From Candidatus Methylomirabilota bacterium (GTDB lineage Bacteria > Methylomirabilota > Methylomirabilia > Rokubacteriales > CSP1-6), in assembly GCA_046726415.1 (NCBI GenBank), contig JBKPAK010000227.1, forward strand, positions 1-49,823: a stretch of DNA of 49,823 nucleotides, given 5' to 3'. Of the stretch, positions 1 to 8,739 are shown piece after piece. Positions within the stretch are counted from its first letter, which is position 1. Every line of letters begins with the position of its first letter. The notes beneath the pieces are model-generated. The model had not been told where the DNA came from. It searched no databases and saw only the letters and a list, made by a program, of their open reading frames with translations. The position numbers were made by a program, and so were the translations under genes.

Positions 1-176
1 GCTTCGGTGCTGCGGCGGGCGCGGCGACTTCAGCGGCCTTGGATCCTACTGTCGGCGCCGTCACTTCGGCGGGCTTCGGTGCTGCCGCGGGTGCTGCGAG
101 TTCAGCGGCCTTGGATGCCGCTGCGGGCGCGGTGACTTCAGTGGCCTTGGGTGCTGCGGCCGGCGTCGTGACTTCA
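1..176 (-). repeat. About 5 degenerate 36-bp (12-aa) tandem repeats within ExeB (EVTTPAAAPKAT/EVTAPAAASKAA/ELAAPAAAPKPA/EVTAPTVGSKAA)
   Basis: ACTTC/AGTTC recurs every 36 nt (27, 63, 99, 135, 171). Confidence 0.85.
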
Positions 177-418
177 CCTTTCGCGGGTGCGGTCTCCGGG
201 ACGGCCTCGAGGCGCGCCGTCACGGCGACTGCGCCCGGCCACACCACATAGGCAATGACTCCGGCGTTGACGGCCAGCAGCACCGCCCCACCCAGGATCC
301 ACGGCCAGTGCGCCCGCTGAGACACGGGCTTGGGGACCCGCAGCTTGCCGAGGATGGAGGGCGTCGCCTGGTGTCGCGTCTCGTCGGCCTTCCTGAGAGC
401 GTCGAGAATGAAAGACAT
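1..418 (-). CDS. exeB: General secretion pathway protein B (ExeB/GspB)-like; C-terminus runs off the left window edge
   Basis: Translates MSFILDALRKADETRHQ..., matching the typical ExeB N-terminus. A TM segment (WPWILGGAVLLAVNAGVIAYVVW) and an Ala/Pro-rich repeat linker follow. Lies immediately downstream of exeA. Confidence 0.8.
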   Translation of the reverse strand, partial: MSFILDALRKADETRHQATPSILGKLRVPKPVSQRAHWPWILGGAVLLAVNAGVIAYVVWPGAVAVTARLEAVPETAPAKGEVTTPAAAPKATEVTAPAAASKAAELAAPAAAPKPAEVTAPTVGSKAAEVAAPAAAPK

Positions 419-427
419 CGCGAAACC

Positions 428-2095
428 TCAGGGCCTCGGGGAGGCCAGGACGGGAACCGTCGAGTTGTGCAGGACGCTACTCAGGTGCGTGAGCGTCTCC
501 TCTCCGGCAATGCCGTCCGGGACCAGCGCGCGACTGCGCTGAAAGGCGATGACCCGCTCGCGCAGGGCGCTGTCGTAGACGTCGGCGCGCGCGGTGGGGA
601 GCGGCTTCCCGTCGAGCGCAGTCAGGCGCCCACGGAGCCACTCGATGTCGTTGGCGCGACCTCCCGGACCGATAGACCTGACCCCGAGAGACGGCGGCTT
701 CCACAGCAAGATGAACGCGCCGTCCCAGAAGGCCGCGATGTCGTCGAGGGCGACGGCCAGTGTCCGGTCACCGAACTCCAGGGTCGCCGTGCGGGATCCG
801 AGCGCGGTCACGGCGGCATAGTGCTTGGCCCCGGCCGGTGTGGTCAGCTCGATGATGGCCGGGAGGCCAAGGCGGCGGAGCTTGGTCCACGTGCCCGTCC
901 GGAAGAGGCATTCCAGGCCGTCGGTCAGCGCAGCTGCGCAGACGTCGGTGCGGCCATCGTAGCGGACGCCCCAGCGCGCATAAAGGGCGGTGAAGGCCGA
1001 CTGCTTGTCGCTCCGCAGCGAGGCCTCGGCGAGCACGTCAGCCAGCCGGGCCGAGGGCGCGCTGCTCGTCGGCAGCACTGGTGATGCATCGCTCGCCCTC
1101 ACTCGTGTCTCGGCGGGCGACACGCCCGACGCTCCCGACGCCGTGGGCGGTGGGCCGGCGATTCGCTTCACCGGGTCGCGGGCGTTTACGGCCGGAGCCA
1201 GCACCGCCCACCCCGCCACGGCGACCGCCGCCGCCGCGCCGATGGCCGAGCCCCACAGCAGGGGCATGAAATGGCGTGGCCGGATGGTGCGGCCCAGGAC
1301 CTCGGTGGCCGCGGTGCGAATGATGCGGGGGTCGATGCGCCGCAGATCGTGCGCATAGGCGCCCAGGAGGGCGCGGTCGCAGATCACGTTGATGAGCCTG
1401 GGAACCCCTCCGGACAGGCGATGGACCTCGCGCATCGCCGCCTCGGTGAAGATCACCGTCCGCTGTCCGGCCACGTCCATCCGATGGAGGATGTAGCCGC
1501 GCGTCTCCGGCGGGGAGAAGGGCAGCAAATGATAGCGGGCGGTCACGCGCTGCGCCAGCTGCCGCAACTCTGGCTGCTCCAGCAGCTGACTCAGCTCGGG
1601 CTGGCCGATGAGGATGATCCGCAGGAGCTTCTCCCGAGCGGTCTCGAGATTCGTCAGCAAGCGGATCTGCTCGAGCACCTCGGCCGCGAGGTTCTGCGCT
1701 TCGTCGATGATGAGCACCGTGCGCCGCGAGCGCGAGTGCGCCCCGAGCAGATGGCGGTAGAGGGCATCGACGAGAACCTTGAGACTGGTGGTCCCCGGCG
1801 GGTAGGCAATGCGCAGCTCGTCGCACACCGTGCCCAGCAATTCGAGAGCGGTGAGCTTGGGGTTCAGAATGAGCGCGACATCGACGTCGGGAGGGAGCTG
1901 CTCCAGCAGATAGCGGCAGATCGTGGTCTTGCCGGTCCCGACCTCACCCGTGAGCTGGACGAAGCCGCCGCCGCCGCTGATGCCATACAGGAGATGCGCC
2001 AGGGCCTCGCGATGGCGCACGCCCATGTAGAGAAACCGCGGGTCGGGAGTGATGGAGAACGGAGATTCGTTCAACCCGAAGGGCGATGCGTACAT
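428..2095 (-). CDS. exeA: ExeA/GspA-family AAA ATPase with TM and C-terminal peptidoglycan-binding domain
   Basis: N-terminal PFSITPDPRFLY, Walker A GEVGTGKT, Walker B IIDEAQNL, and C-terminal FQRSRALVPDGIAG PG-binding motif. Confidence 0.92.
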   Translation of the reverse strand: MYASPFGLNESPFSITPDPRFLYMGVRHREALAHLLYGISGGGGFVQLTGEVGTGKTTICRYLLEQLPPDVDVALILNPKLTALELLGTVCDELRIAYPPGTTSLKVLVDALYRHLLGAHSRSRRTVLIIDEAQNLAAEVLEQIRLLTNLETAREKLLRIILIGQPELSQLLEQPELRQLAQRVTARYHLLPFSPPETRGYILHRMDVAGQRTVIFTEAAMREVHRLSGGVPRLINVICDRALLGAYAHDLRRIDPRIIRTAATEVLGRTIRPRHFMPLLWGSAIGAAAAVAVAGWAVLAPAVNARDPVKRIAGPPPTASGASGVSPAETRVRASDASPVLPTSSAPSARLADVLAEASLRSDKQSAFTALYARWGVRYDGRTDVCAAALTDGLECLFRTGTWTKLRRLGLPAIIELTTPAGAKHYAAVTALGSRTATLEFGDRTLAVALDDIAAFWDGAFILLWKPPSLGVRSIGPGGRANDIEWLRGRLTALDGKPLPTARADVYDSALRERVIAFQRSRALVPDGIAGEETLTHLSSVLHNSTVPVLASPRP

Positions 2096-2312
2096 CAACG
2101 CTGAGCAACCTTGGCCACGTCGGGCAGAGCGTAGACGATGATCCAGGGAGCGTCAAGGAAGGACGTAAACGTGTCGAGCCCCGGCTTCGTCGAAGGGGGG
2201 ACGGGAAGGAGCCGACCTCCATGAAGCGCCTGGTCAGGCGTCGCCGCTGCTCCGCCGACGGTAGTAGTAGAGTAGCTTCAGGATCGAAGCCGCTCGGCGG
2301 GAGGGCTAGCAG

Positions 2313-2837
2313 ATGAAGGCGCTCGTGTGTGCCATCTTCGCCTCGGTAGTGCTGATCGCAGGGATCGACGGGCCAAGCCAGGCGTCGGCATCCTCCCTGT
2401 ATGGCCAGTTCAAGTCCGGGGGGTTCCATGGCCACTCTCCCGCGTGGGCAAAGTCGGGAGGGGGGCACTTCAGGTCTCCTGCCTGGGGGACCCGTCCGGT
2501 CTGGGGTGGTCCCCGCTGGGGATGGGGGCCGGGCTACTGGGGCGCTGGCTTCTGGTGGGGACCCCGGCCCTGGCGTGGGCCAATCTGGTGGGGCTACCCC
2601 GCGTATCCCTACTCGTATTATCCCTACGCCTATCCGCCCCCCGGCGTCGTTCAGCCCTCTCCGCCCGTGTACGTTCAACCGGCACCTGTCGAGGCGCAGC
2701 CCGCGCAGCCGGCCCAGCAGCCGCAGTACTGGTACTACTGCGAGGAATCGAGAACGTACTATCCGTACGTCCGGGAGTGTCCGGCAGGATGGATGACGGT
2801 CGTACCCCAATCGTCGTCACCCTCTCCATCTCCATAA
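2313..2837 (+). CDS. Exported Gly/Trp/Pro/Tyr-rich hypothetical protein with C-terminal YWYYC...YYPYVRECP motif
   Basis: Signal peptide, GGAGG RBS, and a recognisable conserved C-terminal motif. Confidence 0.8.
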   Translation: MKALVCAIFASVVLIAGIDGPSQASASSLYGQFKSGGFHGHSPAWAKSGGGHFRSPAWGTRPVWGGPRWGWGPGYWGAGFWWGPRPWRGPIWWGYPAYPYSYYPYAYPPPGVVQPSPPVYVQPAPVEAQPAQPAQQPQYWYYCEESRTYYPYVRECPAGWMTVVPQSSSPSPSP

Positions 2838-2847
2838 AGGAGGCGGC

Positions 2848-3453
2848 ATGGTCGGAAAGCGGCTCGAGCTGCTCGTCGGGGTGCTAGCTCTCAGCGTCAT
2901 CGCCGCGGGGTGCGTCACCGTCCCCGCGGGCCCGAGCGTCATGGTGTTGCCCGGCTCGGGCAAGGCCTTCGAGCAGTTCCAGGTCGACGACATGTTGTGC
3001 CGCCAGTGGGCGTTCCAGCAGACGGGGATCGCGCCGAGCGACGCCGCCTATAGCAACGCGGTGACCAGTGCGGTCGTGGGCACGGCCGTCGGCGCAGGCC
3101 TGGGGGCGGCGATTGGCGCTGCCGCCGGCAACCCCGCATTGGGGGCCGCCGCCGGAGCCGGCGCCGGACTCCTCGGAGGAAGTGCGGCGGGCGCCAATGC
3201 GGCTTACGCGTCCGGCACCGCCCTGCAGTATCGCTACGACGTCGCCTATCAGCAGTGCATGTATGCGAAAGGCAACCAGATCCCGGGAGTGGTGCAAGCG
3301 GCTCGTCCGGTGCACAGTGGCTACGTGGCGCCACCTCCACCGCCCCCACCTCCGCCGCCGCCTCCGGGCCATTCGCCGCCGCCATCGCCGCCGCCGAGCT
3401 ACGCTCCGCCAGCACCGCCGCCGCCAGGCGGGAGTCCGCCGGCACCTCGCTGA
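2848..3453 (+). CDS. Glycine-zipper (YMGG-like) lipoprotein with poly-Pro tail
   Basis: Lipobox-like IAAGC, glycine zipper GAGLGAAIGAAAG, YQQCMYAKGNQ motif, and AAGGAGG RBS. Confidence 0.85.
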   Translation: MVGKRLELLVGVLALSVIAAGCVTVPAGPSVMVLPGSGKAFEQFQVDDMLCRQWAFQQTGIAPSDAAYSNAVTSAVVGTAVGAGLGAAIGAAAGNPALGAAAGAGAGLLGGSAAGANAAYASGTALQYRYDVAYQQCMYAKGNQIPGVVQAARPVHSGYVAPPPPPPPPPPPPGHSPPPSPPPSYAPPAPPPPGGSPPAPR

Positions 3454-3468
3454 GGTGCCGGGTTCGAC

Positions 3469-3927
3469 TCAGCTCCCGGTGCTTCCGAAGCCGCCAGCGC
3501 CGCGATCGCTCGGAGGGAGCGTCTGCACCTCGATCAGTTCAGCACGGGCCACCGGCTGGATTACCAGCTGAGCGATTCGCTCGCCGCGCTTCAGCATCAC
3601 GCGATCGCTGCCGTGGTTGGTCAGCAGCACCTTCACCTGACCGCGATATCCAGCATCGATGAGGCCCGGCGCATTCAGGATGGTCACACCGTGACGCAGA
3701 GCCAGGCCTGACCGCGGAAGCACCAACCCGGCCCAGCCCGGCGGAATCGCCACGGCGATGCCCGTCTCGACGAGAACGCGGCCACCGACTTCGATGGCGA
3801 CGTCGCGCGCCGCAAAGAGGTCGAGCCCGGCATCGTCGGCTCGCGCGTAGCTGGGCAGTGGCAGCTCGGCGTCGAGGCGCGCGATCTCGACGCGAATCGA
3901 ATGGCGAGGCGGCTCCGCGGCGCCTAT
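3469..3927 (-). CDS. dut: dUTP diphosphatase (dUTPase); start codon uncertain (ATA proposed)
   Basis: All five motifs are present: AGLDL, PRSGLA, GLIDAGYRG, RIAQLV, RGAGGFGSTG. There is no in-frame ATG/GTG/TTG near the expected N-terminus. Confidence 0.93.
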   Translation of the reverse strand: MGAAEPPRHSIRVEIARLDAELPLPSYARADDAGLDLFAARDVAIEVGGRVLVETGIAVAIPPGWAGLVLPRSGLALRHGVTILNAPGLIDAGYRGQVKVLLTNHGSDRVMLKRGERIAQLVIQPVARAELIEVQTLPPSDRGAGGFGSTGS

Positions 3928-5894
3928 TCCTTCGAGGACGTCGCGCTGGGCAGGAGGTTTGTGCGCGCGACGTATTCGGACAGTTTCTTGAGGATCTCGA
4001 TCGTCACCTCGGGCCGGTTGCGGATCAGCCAGTCGAGGCGCTCGTTCTTGAGGACGAGCAAGTCCACGTCGGTGGCCGCCACCAGATCGGTCGAGCGCTT
4101 GCCCTTGCGGAAGAGCGCCAGCTCCCCGACCAGCTCGCCCTCGCCGAGCTGCGCCAGCACCCGGGGGGCGCCGTTTTCGTGCAGGCGGACCTCCACCGTC
4201 CCGGAGTGGATGACGTACGCTTCCCCCCGCGGATCGTCGCCCTGCTCGCAGATGAACGTCCCTTTGCTGAAGTGGCGCTTCTCCATCTCGCCGAGGGTGA
4301 GGTTCTTGTAGAGCTCGATCCCGATCGACGGCAGGCTCGACTTGGCCTCCATGGGCAGCTTGGCGTTCGTCCAGCCGCCGAGGCCGCCCTTGAGGATGCG
4401 CACATCCTTCCAGCCCAGCTTGCGCAGCACGTGGGCGACCCGCTCGCTCACCATTTCCCCGGGACTCGTGTCGTAGGTGATGATGGTCTGCGTCTTCTCT
4501 GCCACCAGATCCACGCGTCCGGCGTTGACTTCCTCGGGGGACAACCGGTGTGCTCCCGGCAGCTTCAGGGGGCTCGTCTCGTAGTCGGTCTTGGTGCGAA
4601 CGTCGACGAGCGCTGGACTCTTCCCGACTTCCATGAGGCCGATGACCTGCGTGGGCAGGATGCGATGGCGGTTCTTCCACCAGCGCCACCCGAACATGCC
4701 CGCGAAAGCGCCCGCGCTCAGGGCGGTCACGCCCACGGCCACCCAGATCCACGGGAACGGCCGCGGCGGCGGGTTCTTCACCAGCCTGTCGGCTTCGGCC
4801 AGCTGCCGCTTGACGTCGGGGAGATTGGGCAGGAGCTTGTTGGCCTCGGTCAGCTTGGCGACGGCCAGCGAGTACCTCTCGTTGAAGAACGCGGCCAGCC
4901 CCGCGGCCCACACCGCGTTGAAGGCGCTGTCGCGGCCGGGAGCGACGCCCGTATCGTCCACGAACTTGCGCACGTCGCGCACGGGGATCAGGAAGTTGTA
5001 CCCCTGCACGATGGAGCCGCCTTGTGGGGAAATGGATACGAACGTCAGGACGCCGAGGACGGTGGCCTCGTCGGTGATAGCCGGGCCGCCGCTGGTGCCG
5101 TGCGAGGCCGCGGCGTCGGTCTGGACGAGGTCCTGACCGATCACGTCGGGCCTCACGCCTGACACGGAACCACTGGTCACCGAAGCCTCGAGGGCGGCGC
5201 TCTTGTTCAGTAGCTCGTGCGAGAGCACGACGCCCGGGAAGCCGAGGATGTGGACCGGGTCGCCGATCTTCGGATCGCGGCTGGAGAGGCCGAGGGCAGG
5301 ATAATCGCCGTCCTTCACGCGCAAGAGGGCGAGGTCGCGACCGGAGTCAGGGGTGGGGCGTCCCTCGCGGTCCTGGGATATCGGGGCGCTGAACTTCTTC
5401 ACCTCTGCGTCCAGCTTGTCGCCGTTCGAGAGCATGACCGTGAGCTGGGGCAGCGGTTTGAGCTTGGCCGTCGCGAGACCGCGGTCCGAAGCCAGACGGC
5501 GGATGCGTTCCTCCACTTCGGGGCTCTCGCCGCGCATCAGACCCTTGGCCTTGAGCGCCGGTTCGACGCAGGCCTGCTCGATGCCCTTTTTCTTCAGCTC
5601 GTGGGTGACCCACGGCGGCAGCCGGTGCACCGGATCCACCACGTGGGCGTTGGTGATCAAGTAACCACGCCCATCGATGAACCAGCCTGTTCCCGTTTCC
5701 ACGAAAGGGGCAGGAGTGACGGTGACCGGTCCCTGGCCGCAGTCCATGGTGACCTCGGCCCCCACGGTGGCCGTGACGAGCGCGACGGCGGGCTTGGCCC
5801 GGAGGAGGGCTTCCTGAAGAGAAAGTGCCTGCGCCTCCAGAGCGCTCCCAAGGACCGCCAAGAGGAGCAGCGCTAGGAGCCAGACGGCGCTCAT
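3924..5894 (-). CDS. Membrane-anchored trypsin-like serine protease fused to a cytoplasmic rhodanese-like and a cNMP-binding domain (alternative start 5912)
   Basis: Signal peptide; catalytic triad TNAHVV / RDLALL / GTSGGP; TM segment WIWVAVGVTALSAGAFAGMFGW; rhodanese-like VDVR..LPGA..LKGGLGGW; cNMP-like YVIHSGTVEV..GELVGELALF..RS. Confidence 0.88.
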   Translation of the reverse strand: MSAVWLLALLLLAVLGSALEAQALSLQEALLRAKPAVALVTATVGAEVTMDCGQGPVTVTPAPFVETGTGWFIDGRGYLITNAHVVDPVHRLPPWVTHELKKKGIEQACVEPALKAKGLMRGESPEVEERIRRLASDRGLATAKLKPLPQLTVMLSNGDKLDAEVKKFSAPISQDREGRPTPDSGRDLALLRVKDGDYPALGLSSRDPKIGDPVHILGFPGVVLSHELLNKSAALEASVTSGSVSGVRPDVIGQDLVQTDAAASHGTSGGPAITDEATVLGVLTFVSISPQGGSIVQGYNFLIPVRDVRKFVDDTGVAPGRDSAFNAVWAAGLAAFFNERYSLAVAKLTEANKLLPNLPDVKRQLAEADRLVKNPPPRPFPWIWVAVGVTALSAGAFAGMFGWRWWKNRHRILPTQVIGLMEVGKSPALVDVRTKTDYETSPLKLPGAHRLSPEEVNAGRVDLVAEKTQTIITYDTSPGEMVSERVAHVLRKLGWKDVRILKGGLGGWTNAKLPMEAKSSLPSIGIELYKNLTLGEMEKRHFSKGTFICEQGDDPRGEAYVIHSGTVEVRLHENGAPRVLAQLGEGELVGELALFRKGKRSTDLVAATDVDLLVLKNERLDWLIRNRPEVTIEILKKLSEYVARTNLLPSATSSKE

Positions 5895-5944
5895 GTGGCC
5901 GAAACGTATCATGGGCGGGAAGGCTTTGCATCCGTCATCGAGGG

Positions 5945-6016
5945 CGTCACAACTGGGACGATGCCTACCTGGCCGGCGACCAGTTCGCCGCCTTCATGAA
6001 AGCGGAGAACGATCGC
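5945..6016 (+). pseudogene. Short remnant resembling the C-terminus of a tripartite tricarboxylate transporter substrate-binding protein (TctC/Bug)
   Basis: Translates HNWDDAYLAGDQFAAFMKAENDR, with no start or N-terminal part. Confidence 0.5.
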
Positions 6017-6227
6017 CATCGTCCTCCTACCGCTCGCCGTGCGCCTGGCCCGCCACCAGAGGCGCCAGAGGTCGCCGGGGTAGACGCACGGCCGGGAATC
6101 GAGGAGGACGCGCAATCGGCGATTGACTGAGGCGCAGGCGGTGGCCCTGGTCGGTCATCGCGGCGATGAAAGCCCGCAGGTACCAGCTCGTGGACCGCTG
6201 GCCCCCGCGTCGCTGGCATTCCACTTC

Positions 6228-6572
6228 GTGGCCCAAGTACTTCTGGCGTTCCAGTCGAAGCTCGTCACGACGCAGGGCAAGGCTTACCGGGGCCGCGCCT
6301 GTGGCCGGCAACGGGGAGACGGGTTGTGGGAGGGGTGGATCGAGTTCGTCCCCGACGGCGGCGGCCGCGTGATCCGGACACAGCGGGAAACCACCCAGCC
6401 GAATCTTGCGGACCTGGCGTACTGGGCAACCGGACTGACACCGGTGTATCTCGAGGGTGCGCTCGAAAGCGCCATCACCGCAGCCCGCCGTCCGAGCGCA
6501 GCTACTCTAGAGACCCCCGCGTACGACGAGCCCGCGCGAGCGAGTATCCGGGCCGGCGCGCCCCCACGCTAG
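6228..6572 (+). CDS. Conserved hypothetical protein (GLWEGWIEF...RETTQPN...YWATGLTPVYLEGAL)
   Basis: Protein-like composition with conserved-looking motifs. GTG start at 6228 preferred over the ORF-track start. Confidence 0.7.
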   Translation: MAQVLLAFQSKLVTTQGKAYRGRACGRQRGDGLWEGWIEFVPDGGGRVIRTQRETTQPNLADLAYWATGLTPVYLEGALESAITAARRPSAATLETPAYDEPARASIRAGAPPR

Positions 6573-6617
6573 TAGATTCTTCAAGAAGAATCGCGGAATC
6601 AGAACCGAAGTTTTAGG

Positions 6618-6646
6618 TTGACAAGACATTGAGACGCCGTCATGTT
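6618..6646 (+). promoter_or_regulatory. Putative sigma70 promoter for the 6724-11118 cluster
   Basis: Perfect TTGACA at 6618-6623, a 17-bp spacer and weak -10 CATGTT, in a locally AT-richer segment. Confidence 0.45.
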
Positions 6647-6723
6647 GCTACCGCTTGGTCTGGTCTGTCGAGCGGGAGACGACGATGTCCCTAGCCGGCA
6701 TTCAGAGAAAGTTCTCCTGAACC

Positions 6724-7323
6724 ATGGCCTGGCGCCGCCCTTGGAGCGACGCGCTCCGCTCCATCAAAGTGCCGGCGATTCTCCCGCTGCGCCGCAAGGC
6801 GCTGATCCTGGGAGCCGTCCTTCTCGCCCTCGTGGGAATCCTGACCTTCGCCGTCAGTCGCGAGGTGACCAGCACCTCAGCACCGAACATATCTCGACCA
6901 GCGCGTCAGCCGACGCGCCCCGCGCTGAGCCCCGTCGAGGAGCGGTACATCCGCGAGTTGTGGCCGATCCACGGCGATGTCGAGCGCAGCACCATGCGGA
7001 TGAGTCTTGGACAGATCTTCTACAAGACGCAGGACCTAGGGCGGACGGACCTCAGAACCAGGGTCGAGCAGGCCCTCGCCGTCTATCGGCAGGCCGAGGC
7101 CCGGCTCGGAGCGTTGGAACCGCCAACATCACTGCGCAGCCAGCACGAAGAATATCTCTCCGCCGTCCGCCTCTTCCAAGAGTCCGCTGTCGAGGTGCTC
7201 AAGATGTTTGAGGACGGTCGAGATGATCATCTTTTGGCCGCCTACCCGAAGAGCCAAGCGGGGAGCAACAAGATTCGGGAGGTTGGGGGCAAGTTCTGGC
7301 CGCACGAGTTCCCGCCCAACTGA
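6724..7323 (+). CDS. N-terminally membrane-anchored helical hypothetical protein
   Basis: TM segment LILGAVLLALVGILTFAV followed by amphipathic helices. Confidence 0.75.
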   Translation: MAWRRPWSDALRSIKVPAILPLRRKALILGAVLLALVGILTFAVSREVTSTSAPNISRPARQPTRPALSPVEERYIRELWPIHGDVERSTMRMSLGQIFYKTQDLGRTDLRTRVEQALAVYRQAEARLGALEPPTSLRSQHEEYLSAVRLFQESAVEVLKMFEDGRDDHLLAAYPKSQAGSNKIREVGGKFWPHEFPPN

Positions 7324-7449
7324 AGATGGGACTGCCGAGCGTCGGGCGGCCCGGCCTGACCGGCACGTCGATGAAAGGAGGATGGCAGTAGCAGGCTGCG
7401 GGACGCTGGTGACGCGTATCGCCGTTGTGAACGTCAGGAGGTCGTGCCC

Positions 7450-8628
7450 ATGATTCGGAAATTGATGCGTACCGCGATGCTAATGGGACTTCTCGCCGTG
7501 GTGGGGGGCCTCGGAAGCGCCGATGTCCTCCGGGCCGCCGACCAAAGGCCACCTCAGGTGTTGCAGAGCGGCTTCGAGAGCACAGACGAGCTTCTGCGCG
7601 ACGTAGAGCGCGCCGAGAGGGCGCCGCTGTATTCGGCGTGGATTGTGGAAAGTAGCCGGTTCCTGAATGTGCCTCATCGCGCGTTCATGCCGGACGTGGG
7701 CGAGCCCCCCTTCGTCGACTTGCCGGTGAACGTGGGGATCATCAAAGACGCGGACGGCAACATCACGCTGTACGACAGCGGCTGGAAACAGCTCGCGTAC
7801 ATCTTCGACTGGAACACGTCGTGTTGCTGGAAGGGGATTCGCGATCAGCTGGTGGCCATTGGCCTGAACCCCGACAGGGTCACTAGGATCGTCCTTGGGC
7901 ATGGTCACTGGGATCATTCGGGCCAGGTCAGCGAGTTTCCGGACGCGGTGATCTACATCCAGAAGGAGGAGTTGAAGCAGATCGACTTCTTCCTCGACTA
8001 CCCGGTCGACTTTAACGCAGGTAACATCCGGGCCGTCAACACCATCGATCCACTCACCGGGCTGCAGGTCGGGCCGCCCCAGCAGGCTTGCGCGCGGTCT
8101 CCGGTCTGCGGCTATCCGCCCCAGACGGTCCAGGAGATCCTGGGCAAGGTCCTCACCGGCAAGGCGGAGGTCATCGACGGACGGCACCAGATCACGCGAG
8201 GGCTGGTGATCCACCCGGCGTTCCGAGGTCACACCTACGGGTCCCAGCTGCTTCAAGTGAACACGATGCGAGGGCAGCTGGTGTTCGGCAGCGACACATA
8301 CTCGTCGTGGACGGGCATCAGAGACTGGCGAGTGGCGAACATCCAGCAGACGGATACGATCCAGCAGTTCCTTGCCTACGAGAAGTGCTACGTTCTCACG
8401 TCGAGGCTGAACAGCTTCAACAACTGCATCGCGGCCCATGAGCCGACCTCCTACACGCCTGCGTACCCCATCACGTCCAACTGGTGGAATATTCCCGAGG
8501 GGAATTGCTCGCGGGCGGCCGAGCTAACTCTGGCCAACCGCGAGCCGACGCACGTACCGGCCAACCCGGACCGGACGCCGCCGAGCGCGTGCGTCTCGGT
8601 GATTCCACCGCATCCCATCATCCCGTAG
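7450..8628 (+). CDS. Secreted metallo-beta-lactamase-fold hydrolase, N-acyl-homoserine lactonase (AiiA)-like, Cys-rich
   Basis: AGGAGG RBS, signal peptide, LYDSG, HGHWDH, GHT(Y)GSQ, GSD and AHE metal-ligand motifs. Confidence 0.85.
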   Translation: MIRKLMRTAMLMGLLAVVGGLGSADVLRAADQRPPQVLQSGFESTDELLRDVERAERAPLYSAWIVESSRFLNVPHRAFMPDVGEPPFVDLPVNVGIIKDADGNITLYDSGWKQLAYIFDWNTSCCWKGIRDQLVAIGLNPDRVTRIVLGHGHWDHSGQVSEFPDAVIYIQKEELKQIDFFLDYPVDFNAGNIRAVNTIDPLTGLQVGPPQQACARSPVCGYPPQTVQEILGKVLTGKAEVIDGRHQITRGLVIHPAFRGHTYGSQLLQVNTMRGQLVFGSDTYSSWTGIRDWRVANIQQTDTIQQFLAYEKCYVLTSRLNSFNNCIAAHEPTSYTPAYPITSNWWNIPEGNCSRAAELTLANREPTHVPANPDRTPPSACVSVIPPHPIIP

Positions 8629-8646
8629 CGGCGGTCTGTTGAAGCG

Positions 8647-8685
8647 CGGGTCTGGGGCTCACGAGTACGACGGGCCCCAGACCCG
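8647..8685 (+). terminator. GC-rich stem-loop after the MBL gene (no U-tract; terminator or mRNA-stabilising element)
   Basis: CGGGTCTGGGG...CCCCAGACCCG, an 11-bp perfect inverted repeat. Confidence 0.5.
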
Positions 8686-8739
8686 ACCAGCGCCCTGATG
8701 CCGCATCGCGCGATACCTCAATGCGCTCGGACCCGCTGA

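Noticed and set aside
1-176. 36-bp periodic repeat as a possible CRISPR array
   Set aside because: No unique spacers, in-frame coding repeat, and no cas genes.
3457-3480. tRNA T-arm-like GGTTCGACTC
   Set aside because: No cloverleaf or acceptor stem, and it overlaps the dut stop codon.
3928-4911. Long N-terminal extension of the dUTPase ORF (480 aa)
   Set aside because: Alternative-frame overlap with the protease-cNMP gene; Arg/Gly-rich nonsense typical of high GC.
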